Positions 10,601 to 17,159 of a stretch of 64,000 bases of DNA are shown one piece after another. Origin of the DNA: an uncultured Subdoligranulum sp. GTDB lineage: Bacteria > Bacillota > Clostridia > Christensenellales > CAG-314. The stretch covers positions 16,849 through 80,848 of the forward strand of contig CABUZX010000003.1 in assembly GCA_902496185.1 (NCBI GenBank), read 5' to 3'. Within the stretch, counting starts at the first letter, position 1, and every line of letters begins with the position of its first letter. The position numbers were made by a program, and so were the translations under genes. A model generated the notes under the pieces. The model ran no database searches. It worked only from the letters and a program-made list of their open reading frames with translations, and was not told the DNA's origin.

Positions 10601-10902
10601 AATTTGTCAACCTGTTGCATAAGTTGCGCGCGTTGCTCTTTGCCTTGCTTGGTAGTTAAATACTGCGCATAACTCAAAGCGCTTCCGCTTTGCTGATATA
10701 TATCAATCAAGCTTTTTGTCGGAAGCGTAAGAAAAACAACGGCAGTTTTTTTGTCTTTGCTTACGTCCATAGTTATGCTTTGCGTATCGGGGCATATTTT
10801 GTCATAGTCCACTACCGCGCAAGATACGAGTATAGGCAAAATCAAAACCGTAATTACGTAAAAAACAACGAGAAAAAAAATAGTTTGTTTTTTGAGTTTC
10901 AT
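7675..10902 (-). CDS. Subtilisin-like (S8) serine protease, lipoprotein-anchored, with a PA-domain insert and C-terminal beta domains
   Basis: The catalytic triad motifs are AVIDTGFNLNHD (Asp), HGMHVAGIVGG (His) and GTSMSAPNVS (Ser). A PA-like segment reads GKFVVVDRGIDNFSTKHNVAREQGAVGMIIINN. I chose the start at MKLKK (10902) because of the GGAGGG SD. A lipobox LVSC is present. Confidence 0.9.
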   Translation of the reverse strand: MKLKKQTIFFLVVFYVITVLILPILVSCAVVDYDKICPDTQSITMDVSKDKKTAVVFLTLPTKSLIDIYQQSGSALSYAQYLTTKQGKEQRAQLMQQVDKLSGIVSVLGGEVRNTYVDITVGISAKVDIVDLPQIQNATGTKVFANIEFSAKQLQTTTDFDDAETTNDHYADLNNEGIFKNDTPFKGDGMLVAVIDTGFNLNHDCLQDLSDTKVKLTSQKVKGLWEQDQLVSSQMEGVEELAHFGVYHDNKVPYAFDYDGKDFDVFSASAGHGMHVAGIVGGNDANTVVGVAPNCQLALMKVFDDKAITAGLEEIMSALSDCAVLGADVANLSLGVASGLSMEYSESNAFINQCMLKVYEAGVIICSASGNDYYSGYGSVLGDTSSAYPDNGLLASTASYISNYAVASINAYASKYILIDGINKVFTELFVDENSKTYEFDDIIFNDGTTPTVAYDYLYVGLGRVENYVGKDVKGKFVVVDRGIDNFSTKHNVAREQGAVGMIIINNVYGPANFMMDTVEIDYPNKSAIPSFIVSKTDGEFFDKTDVGGQITFSQTNACYLMSDFSSWGPNGDLTLKPEITAFGGKVLSASIDEKDISNNSFTEYNSGTSMSAPNVSALCALVKQYLKTLDAYKNADDRQLAQVVKNVLSSTATPVYFVDGSVASVRHQGAGLANVKNATSANAYLESTFTGQPKLELGDDIARSGKYTLDVLLTNFGGVSKTYTVTTIVNTAKISSDNTVMTTSTYSLDFSAVVFVDGVEKSQFTTTATANSINRIKVKITLSNSAKQYLSKYPNGCYVEGFLTMSTADGETLSLPWLAYYGDWSDIPSIDISAFDTQNQQTYIGAPMLYDNNKKVLGQNLADGDESTVDMFKLSLSTLNTNTERTKIAYIDLPITRASKNLYLYASTASGEQMGTKLKVYRTLKSMHKLQYERISFTFDLAEFPELKAGDTVYLWLTTESEYYKANTANSIQFSIYLDGSAPVIDANNLTLMEQNGRVYLQLSVKEDFELMYIKVSFGEGYVNIPCSLPNRNVFGDISVDVTDYILNSNTVLEVSACDYALNISIPIKIGGGV

Positions 10903-11050
10903 CAATACCCTCCAAAGTAAAATTTTTGTCCACAGCACAACTTTAAATAATGCTATTATTTTACTATATATTTATTAAATTGACAATTATTTTAACAACT
11001 TAAATACCCTACGTATTTACGTAGGGTAAAAATTATAAATCAAGATTAAA

Positions 11051-11947
11051 TTAATACGGTCTTTGTTCTTTTGCTACAAAAGCAAAAGCAACCGCGCCCG
11101 GTCCTACGTGACAGGAAATAGTCGGCCCCATCAATCTTATTTCTGGAGTTATACCGAATTTTTCCTTAACGCTGTCGGCAAATTCTCGAGCAAACTCCTC
11201 ATTACCAGTATGTACAATCGTCGGATAACAATCATCTTCGGCAAAAGTGAGTTTTTCTACGTCTTCAAAAATAGACTTCATACACTTGCGCTTTCCGCCG
11301 GGGACTTTTTTGATAACTTTGAGTTTGCCCTCTTTGTCAAAGGTAATTACGACTTTAAGTTGCAATATAGTACCGACGGTCGCAGCCGCGCCACTGACTC
11401 TGCCACCTTTTTTAAGATGAAATAAATCGTCCACCATAACAAAATGTTGCAATCTATGTTTAATTTCCTGACAATAATCATATACTTCTTGTAGGGATTT
11501 GCCTTCATCACGCATTTTTGACGCAATACGTACCAAAATGCCTTGCCCTACCGTCGTCGTGCAACTTTCAATAACCTTGAGATTAAAGTCAGGATACGTT
11601 TGTTTGATAATTTCGCCTGCTTCCTGCGCGTTTTCAATAGTATTGGCAAGTCCGTAGCTTATTGTAAAGTGCAAAACGTCTCTGTGTCCTTGCTTTGCAA
11701 TATGCTCAAAATAATCACGGTGAATTTCCGTATTGTTTTTGGAGGTAGATATATTAATGTTTTTGTCTTTTAACAATTCATAAAATTTGTAATACTCTTC
11801 TTGAGTTTTGAAATTATCTTGCAAAAACTCCGTATCGTTACCTTTTTGTATAGTTATAGTCAAGGGCAAAAATCCACAACCTATTTGCTGAACTTCACCG
11901 TACGTCAAATCTGCAGTGCTGTCTGTGGATAGAAAAAATTGTCCCAT
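11051..11947 (-). CDS. DegV-family fatty-acid-binding protein
   Basis: The N-terminus FLSTDSTADL and the overall length (about 298 aa) fit DegV. The start is at MGQ, with SD AAGGAGA. Confidence 0.85.
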   Translation of the reverse strand: MGQFFLSTDSTADLTYGEVQQIGCGFLPLTITIQKGNDTEFLQDNFKTQEEYYKFYELLKDKNINISTSKNNTEIHRDYFEHIAKQGHRDVLHFTISYGLANTIENAQEAGEIIKQTYPDFNLKVIESCTTTVGQGILVRIASKMRDEGKSLQEVYDYCQEIKHRLQHFVMVDDLFHLKKGGRVSGAAATVGTILQLKVVITFDKEGKLKVIKKVPGGKRKCMKSIFEDVEKLTFAEDDCYPTIVHTGNEEFAREFADSVKEKFGITPEIRLMGPTISCHVGPGAVAFAFVAKEQRPY

Positions 11948-12076
11948 AATGGTCTCCTTAAAAAAAATCGTGTTCACTTATTATTAATCTACCACATAAT
12001 AATTTTTTTTTCAATTATTTTGATTAAATTCCTTGATTTTTTTTTGTTTATTTGTTATTATAACAAAGCAAAACAC

Positions 12077-12151
12077 GCGGGAGTGGCTCAGTGGTAGAGC
12101 GCTGCCTTGCCAAGGCAGATATCGCGGGTTCGAATCCCGTCTCCCGCTCCA
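12077..12151 (+). tRNA. tRNA-Gly (anticodon GCC), CCA encoded
   Basis: Cloverleaf read by hand. Acceptor GCGGGAG/CTCCCGC, anticodon loop TTGCCAA, T-loop TTCGAAT. Confidence 0.95.
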
Positions 12152-12167
12152 CTTTTATTAAAATTAT

Positions 12168-12242
12168 GGCGCCATGGCCAAGCGGTAAGGCAAAGGTCTG
12201 CAAAACCTATATCCCCCGGTTCAAATCCGGGTGGCGCCTCCA
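12168..12242 (+). tRNA. tRNA-Cys (anticodon GCA), CCA encoded
   Basis: Acceptor GGCGCCA/TGGCGCC, anticodon loop CTGCAAA, T-loop TTCAAAT. Confidence 0.95.
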
Positions 12243-12271
12243 ACACGTGTTGACAAAAAAGATGCCAACCG

Positions 12272-12300
12272 AAAAACCCGAGATTTTCTCGGGTTTTTTG
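12272..12300 (+). terminator. Intrinsic terminator after the tRNA-Gly/Cys pair
   Basis: Hairpin CCCGAGA-ttt-TCTCGGG, followed by TTTTTT. Confidence 0.85.
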
Positions 12301-12521
12301 CTTTTTAGGGAAGATTTTTGTGATTGTTTATCATAGATGCTTTTTTCTCGTTTCAAAAAAGATTTGTTAAACAAAAAAGCCAGATCGATTGAAAAGCTCA
12401 TATAAATATGATATAATTAAATAATAAAGGCAACAAATGTTAAGATGGAATATTATGATAGATTGCATCAAAGACGTTATAGTTATAATAGTTGCTTAAT
12501 AATCTTGTTTGGGAGGATTTT

Positions 12522-12809
12522 ATGCGCGAAGGAACAAGCGGTTTTTGGGTAACAGAAAAAGACGGAAAGATAAGTATAGGATATGAGGATTACGGTGTAT
12601 CTGAATTTGGCGGTGGTGATTTTGAAAAAACATATTATTTAGACGAGGAAAATTCAAAAAAGTTCACTTCTGAATTAAAAAAAGAGTACCAAGGCGATTT
12701 AGAGGAAATGATCGAAGCAGCCTTTGGACGAGGCTTCAGCGATTCGAAATTCTGGGATTTTTGCAAAACCCACGGGATAAAATATTCATCCTCCACGTGG
12801 AGTGGCTAA
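12522..12809 (+). CDS. Hypothetical small acidic protein (95 aa)
   Basis: SD GGGAGGA lies 5 nt upstream of the ATG at 12522. I recognise no family. It sits in an AT-rich tract between tRNA loci. Confidence 0.5.
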   Translation: MREGTSGFWVTEKDGKISIGYEDYGVSEFGGGDFEKTYYLDEENSKKFTSELKKEYQGDLEEMIEAAFGRGFSDSKFWDFCKTHGIKYSSSTWSG

Positions 12810-12992
12810 ACGACAAGGATATGTTAAGTTATGATTTATATTGTTTGCGAGGACTATTGTAAATCAATGCTGTTAGCGTCTCATATTAGCTTACGCTCAT
12901 AAAAAAAGAATAAAACTAATTACGCATAATATACTATTTGTGTCATACTATATCATATTTTAAAAAAAATTAATATAAAACTAAATTAATTG

Positions 12993-13038
12993 ACACCTAT
13001 TTAACCTCAATTACGGTTAAGTAGGTGTTTCTTTTGTT
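12993..13038 (+). terminator. Terminator-like hairpin downstream of the 95-aa gene
   Basis: ACACCTATTTAACC-8 nt-GGTTAAGTAGGTGT (14 bp including one G-T pair), followed by a T-rich tail. Confidence 0.5.
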
Positions 13039-13083
13039 ATAACTGCGCCTTTTGGGGAAATACTTTTTTTAGGAGATAAACAA

Positions 13084-13270
13084 ATGAGCAACCGATTGCA
13101 ATACGAAACAAGTCCGTACTTGTTGCAACACGCAACTAACCCAGTAAACTGATACCCTTGGGGATTTGACAAGGCTTTGCCAAATTGACTACCACCCCGA
13201 CTTGGAAAAAATCAGGCAAAAACAGGAAGAATTTTTGCTTAACGTAGCAAGCGGATACCCAATACGATAA
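13084..13270 (+). pseudogene. Decayed remnant of a YyaL/DUF255 thioredoxin-domain protein gene
   Basis: An AGGAGA SD is followed by ATG and [30 protein letters not shown]. This matches the conserved family N-terminus (NRL..[12 protein letters not shown].WYPWG), with TGA at the Trp position. A second stop follows 12 codons later and there is no recognisable downstream sequence. Confidence 0.6.
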
Positions 13271-13341
13271 TTTGATTTGTTAATTTTTGACAAATTAATC
13301 TTGTAATCATATTAAAATTTATTTAAATAAAACAATTTGAG

Positions 13342-13370
13342 TTGACAAACAGTTAAAATTATGCTATTAT
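13342..13370 (+). promoter_or_regulatory. Promoter TTGACA-17-TATTAT with TGn extension, for tRNA-Leu
   Basis: Consensus -35 at 13342-13347 and -10 at 13365-13370. A second TTGACA-17-TATTAA lies at 13287-13315. Confidence 0.6.
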
Positions 13371-13394
13371 ACCATTTGTCTGCAAACTTTATTT

Positions 13395-13481
13395 GCCGAT
13401 GTGGCGGAATCGGCAGACGCAAGGGACTTAAAATCCCTCGAAGGCAACTTCGTACCGGTTCAAGTCCGGTCATCGGCACCA
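13395..13481 (+). tRNA. tRNA-Leu (anticodon TAA), long variable arm, CCA encoded
   Basis: Acceptor GCCGATG/CATCGGC, anticodon loop CTTAAAA, T-loop TTCAAGT. Confidence 0.95.
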
Positions 13482-13491
13482 ATAACAAAAT

Positions 13492-13533
13492 AAAACGAAC
13501 CTTGATGAAAAGTCAAGGTTCGTTTTATTTTTT
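13492..13533. terminator. Intrinsic terminator after tRNA-Leu; it also lies just downstream of the convergent cobO-like gene
   Basis: Hairpin AACGAACCTTGA-loop-TCAAGGTTCGTT, followed by a T-run. Confidence 0.85.
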
Positions 13534-13552
13534 ATGCTCGCTTATATCTTAT

Positions 13553-14074
13553 TTAGTATTCTATACCTTTGCGCGCCACTACTCCATTATTAAACGGATG
13601 TTTTTCTGCCTTGACAAAAGAAACGTAATCAGCAAGAGCTTTAAGTTCTTTTGGAACGGAGTGTCCCGTCAAAACAAGTTCGGTAGCATCGGGTTTAGCG
13701 TTGACAAAAGCAATAGCTTCTTCCAAGTTAAAAATCTCAAGATTAACAGCGTCGATAAATTCATCCAAAATCACCACGTCGTAATTTTGCATTTCTTCCT
13801 TAGCTCGGTCAAGAAGTTTGTGAGCGTACAATTTGTAATCGTTTTTTTGTTTTGGAGTCATACTAAAGTAAAAAGGCAGTTTTATCGGCGCATCACCCAA
13901 CGTTATACCCGATATTTTTTTAAGCACGCATAGTTCGGAAGAATTTGCATCTTTTAAAAACCTCGTTAAAAACACTTTGTTGCCTGCGCCTACGCTCCTT
14001 ATTGCCAAGCCAATAGCGGAAGATGTTTTGCCTTTTCCGTCGCCATAATAGATATGAACGTATCCTTTAGTCAT
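13553..14074 (-). CDS. cobO: Cob(I)yrinic acid a,c-diamide / cob(I)alamin adenosyltransferase (CobA/CobO/BtuR family)
   Basis: P-loop YYGDGKGKTSSAIGLAIR, VILDEF, and C-terminal HPF..G..ARKGIEY. It is 173 aa with SD AAGGAGA. Confidence 0.85.
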   Translation of the reverse strand: MTKGYVHIYYGDGKGKTSSAIGLAIRSVGAGNKVFLTRFLKDANSSELCVLKKISGITLGDAPIKLPFYFSMTPKQKNDYKLYAHKLLDRAKEEMQNYDVVILDEFIDAVNLEIFNLEEAIAFVNAKPDATELVLTGHSVPKELKALADYVSFVKAEKHPFNNGVVARKGIEY

Positions 14075-14132
14075 TTTTAGTCTCCTTACAACTACATATT
14101 AACACATAGCTTGTAATAAATGCAAGCGGTAA

Positions 14133-14161
14133 TTGACTTTTTAATTAAGTAGTAGTATAAT
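14133..14161 (+). promoter_or_regulatory. Consensus SigA promoter TTGACT-17-TATAAT, 6 nt upstream of the ATG at 14168
   Basis: The -35 is at 14133-14138 and the -10 at 14156-14161. There is no SD before the ATG. Confidence 0.55.
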
Positions 14162-14167
14162 TTTGAT

Positions 14168-15079
14168 ATGAATCTCAAATCACTAACAAAAAATTTTAAA
14201 ACTTTAGCTATTATCGGTATGTGCAAAAACGCAGGCAAAACGACAGCCTTAAATTTGCTACTCGACCAAAGCGGATTGGCAGTTACCTCCGTCGGAAAGG
14301 ACGGCGAAACGGTTGACGCTATAACAAAAACACCAAAACCGCAAGTCTTTGTAAAGCAAGGCACGCTAATCGCAACAGCTTCTTCGCTTTTGCCGGCATG
14401 CTCCGTATCGAGAGAAATTTTGTGCGCAACGGGCATACCGTCGCCCATTGGCGAAATTATAATTTTTAAATGTATAGACGACGGATTTGTAGAAATTGCA
14501 GGTCCTTCTATTTCTTCACAATTGGCAGAATTAAAAGAACTTTTTTTTCAATTTGGAGCGACAAAAATCATTATTGACGGCGCTTTAAGCAGAAGATCAA
14601 TTTCTTCGGCAAAAGTAGCAGATGCTTCCGTTCTTTCAACAGGAGCGTCTTACGACAAAAATATGCAGGTAGTGATTGACGATACGGCTTTTATATTGGA
14701 TTTGTATTCTCTCCCCACTCTTAACTTTGAACCAAACCCCACAACAAATATTGAAGAAGAAATAAATCGAGGCAAAACAGAAATTTTTACGTCGGGAGCA
14801 TTAAGCGAAAGCCTGCTTAAAAAAATTTCCACTTTAAAAAAAGTAAAAGATATAACTATCGGCGTAGAAGACGCAAGCAAAATTCTTGCGTCAAAGGAAA
14901 CGGTTTATAATTTTTTAAACCGTGGCGGAAAATTACAAACACGCAACCACATAAAAATCGTTGCAGTTACCGTCAACCCTTATTCTGCCTATGGTTGGCA
15001 GTTTGATAAAGACCAATTTAAAAAACAAATGCAACGGCGAACACCTTTGCCCGTCATCAACGCTATGGAGGTAAATTAA
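14168..15079 (+). CDS. P-loop NTPase of unknown function (303 aa)
   Basis: A Walker A motif GMCKNAGKTT lies near the N-terminus. The stop is 2 nt before the MutS-like gene start. Confidence 0.7.
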   Translation: MNLKSLTKNFKTLAIIGMCKNAGKTTALNLLLDQSGLAVTSVGKDGETVDAITKTPKPQVFVKQGTLIATASSLLPACSVSREILCATGIPSPIGEIIIFKCIDDGFVEIAGPSISSQLAELKELFFQFGATKIIIDGALSRRSISSAKVADASVLSTGASYDKNMQVVIDDTAFILDLYSLPTLNFEPNPTTNIEEEINRGKTEIFTSGALSESLLKKISTLKKVKDITIGVEDASKILASKETVYNFLNRGGKLQTRNHIKIVAVTVNPYSAYGWQFDKDQFKKQMQRRTPLPVINAMEVN

Positions 15080-15081
15080 TT

Positions 15082-16488
15082 ATGGATTTTGAACAAAAAA
15101 GAAACATAGGTTTTGTTTATTTGTTGGAAAATCTTTCGCCTAAATCCGGATTTGGCAAAAAAGCAGTCAAGGACATTGCTCCATACTCTGATATTAAAAG
15201 CCTTAAAGAAGAACAACACAATCTTGCCGTCTTATTAAAAAAACTCAAAGCAAATGAAAAAGTTTTTGACGGTGTCAACACAATACTCGCCCACGTAAAA
15301 GATATCGGCGGTACTTTTTTGCGTTTGGGCGAAGCTCTTGCAGAAACGGAGCTTTTTGAAATCAAAAACTTTTGCGCTTTGTCTCAAAATCTAAAAACCG
15401 AATTGACTAAATTAGATCTCGATTCAGTTGACCTCACGCTCTTTGATCTTAAGAAGCCTTTAGATATACTCAACAAAAGTAAAACGGAAGGATTTTATAT
15501 TTCCGACAATCACTCAAAAAAACTAACAGAATTGAGAGCGGAAAAACGTCGTTATACCGCCCTAATGAGCAATCTTGTTGGTGAACAACGCGAAGAAATG
15601 CGTTTAAAACATCTTGATTTGTCCGCCAAGGAGGAAGAAGAAGAATTTCGCTTAAGAAAAATCCTGTCGCAAAAATTGAAGCCGTATTACGAAAGTTTTT
15701 CTCACAACGCCAAAACTATGGCGCGTTTGGATTTACTCATACAAAAAGCTTTTTTAGCCATACAAAATAACGGCATTTTGCCGATTATTGATGAAGAAAA
15801 ATTTGAATTAAACGAAGCAATCAACCCCTATATCGCAAACTTATTAAATGAAAACGGCAAAACTTTTTCTACTATTTCAATCATAGTAAGTGGCGTTACC
15901 GTAATAACCGGCGCTAATATGGGAGGAAAAACCGTAGCGCTTAAGACCGTTGCCCTAAACGCCTTTTGCGCAATGTGCGGATTTCCCGTATTTGCAAAAA
16001 GCGCAGTTTTGCCATTTTTAAATTTTGTGGAAATTTTGTCGGAAGATTTGCAATCCTCCGAACGTGGTTTGTCGAGTTTTGGAGGAGAGATAATAAAGGT
16101 TAATCAACTTTTTAAGCAAGCCAAAACGTCTCGCGGATTATTGCTTATCGACGAATTTGCCAGCGGAACAAACTTTGAAGAAGGCGCAAAAATATTTTCG
16201 GCGTTATTAAGAGCGCTTAAAAACACACCTTCTTACGCCCTACTTACCACACATTTTGACGGAGTTTGCAAGGACGCCACGGAGCGTTATCAAATAATAG
16301 GTCTAACAAACGAGGCAAAACAAAAACTTAATAACGTTAAAAACGTTCAAAAGGAAAATATTGTAGAATATATGAATTACGGCTTGATAAAAACCGACAA
16401 GTTGACTAAAATCCCCAAAGACGCGTTAGATATTTGCGCAATTTTGGGTATGTGCGACGAAATACTTTCTCTCGTAGAAAAACAGTAA
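15082..16488 (+). CDS. MutS-domain-V ATPase (MutS-related protein lacking mismatch-binding and Smr domains)
   Basis: Walker A GANMGGKTVALKTV, Walker B LLLIDEFASGTN, and TTHF. The N-terminal part is helical. It is 468 aa. Confidence 0.8.
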   Translation: MDFEQKRNIGFVYLLENLSPKSGFGKKAVKDIAPYSDIKSLKEEQHNLAVLLKKLKANEKVFDGVNTILAHVKDIGGTFLRLGEALAETELFEIKNFCALSQNLKTELTKLDLDSVDLTLFDLKKPLDILNKSKTEGFYISDNHSKKLTELRAEKRRYTALMSNLVGEQREEMRLKHLDLSAKEEEEEFRLRKILSQKLKPYYESFSHNAKTMARLDLLIQKAFLAIQNNGILPIIDEEKFELNEAINPYIANLLNENGKTFSTISIIVSGVTVITGANMGGKTVALKTVALNAFCAMCGFPVFAKSAVLPFLNFVEILSEDLQSSERGLSSFGGEIIKVNQLFKQAKTSRGLLLIDEFASGTNFEEGAKIFSALLRALKNTPSYALLTTHFDGVCKDATERYQIIGLTNEAKQKLNNVKNVQKENIVEYMNYGLIKTDKLTKIPKDALDICAILGMCDEILSLVEKQ

Positions 16489-16493
16489 TTTTA

Positions 16494-16523
16494 TTGACAT
16501 TTATACCGATTTTATGCTACAAT
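16494..16523 (+). promoter_or_regulatory. Promoter TTGACA-18-TACAAT (TGn extended) for the lysine operon
   Basis: The -35 is at 16494-16499 and TGcTACAAT ends at 16523. Confidence 0.6.
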
Positions 16524-16545
16524 ATAAAAGACAAATATCTATATA

Positions 16546-16716
16546 TTAATAGAGGCGCGCAACACAAGGTAAGTTCTTATTGCTCCGTGCGGACGGAAGG
16601 AATCGAATGTATGTTGCGCCGAAAGTAGTTACCCTATCCGCATAGGCTACTACTTGGGGGCTACGCTCAGCGCGTTGTCACTGTCATACAAACAAAAACG
16701 TATGGTGCGCTATTAA
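16546..16716 (+). promoter_or_regulatory. Lysine riboswitch (L-box) aptamer
   Basis: L-box hallmarks in order: P1 TTAATAG, AGAGGCGCGC, GGAAGGAATCG, GCGCCGAAAG, CTTGGGGG, CACTGTCA, a P5 hairpin CATAC..GTATG, GTGCG, and the P1 3' strand CTATTAA. Confidence 0.85.
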
Positions 16717-16754
16717 ACACTTTTTAGTGTTTTGTAGCGCATTTTTTATTTTTT
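16707..16754 (+). terminator. Expression-platform intrinsic terminator of the L-box
   Basis: GCGCTATTAAACACT-TTTT-AGTGTTTTGTAGCGC (6 bp, a small internal loop, then 7 bp), followed by ATTTTTTATTTTTT. The 5' arm contains the aptamer P1 3' strand. Confidence 0.8.
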
Positions 16755-16768
16755 AGGAGGGCAAAAAT

Positions 16769-17158
16769 ATGGAAGAATCATTAATCAGATTGCGTATGAG
16801 CGCGCACGACGCTCATTACGGTGGAAATCTCGTAGACGGAGCAAGAATGCTCGGTTTGTTTGGCGACGTTGCAACGGAGTTACTTATTCGTCTCGACGGC
16901 GACGAAGGTTTGTTTTGCGCTTACGATAACGTAGAGTTTTTGGCGCCCGTATATGCGGGAGATTTTATTGAAGCTCGCGGACGTATCGTAAAGGTAGGCA
17001 ATACTTCGCGCAAAATGGAGTTTGAAGCCGTCAAAATAATTGCCCCACGTCCCGACGTAAACGATTCTGCTGCTGACGTTTTGAAAACGCCTATAGTCGT
17101 ATGCAGAGCAAGCGGTACTTGCGTTGTACCAAAAGACAAACAAAGGGGTAAAAATTAA
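16769..17158 (+). CDS. kal: 3-aminobutyryl-CoA ammonia-lyase
   Basis: A 129-aa hot-dog-fold-sized protein that is first in the lysine fermentation operon. The N-terminus [21 protein letters not shown] matches my recollection of Kal. SD AGGAGGG. Confidence 0.8.
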   Translation: MEESLIRLRMSAHDAHYGGNLVDGARMLGLFGDVATELLIRLDGDEGLFCAYDNVEFLAPVYAGDFIEARGRIVKVGNTSRKMEFEAVKIIAPRPDVNDSAADVLKTPIVVCRASGTCVVPKDKQRGKN

Positions 17159-17159
17159 T

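Noticed and set aside
12091-12336. 81-aa ORF (and the 190-aa ORF at 13361-13933).
   Set aside because: They read straight through the tRNA-Gly/Cys genes and the tRNA-Leu gene respectively. The second is also antisense to the cobO-like gene.
13150-13152. TGA at the position of an invariant Trp in the YyaL-like reading frame, which could hint at TGA-to-Trp recoding (genetic code 4 or 25).
   Set aside because: Many well-supported genes in the window end at TGA at the expected length, for example the GNAT gene, the S8 protease, kamA, kamD and prmA. The next Trp in the same motif is a normal TGG. The frame also collapses 12 codons later with no further homology. A pseudogene is the simpler explanation.
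12810-13340. Possible integrated mobile element or prophage remnant next to tRNA genes.
   Set aside because: No integrase, transposase, terminal inverted repeats or duplicated tRNA 3' segment could be found by eye. It is kept only as a low-interest accessory-tract observation.
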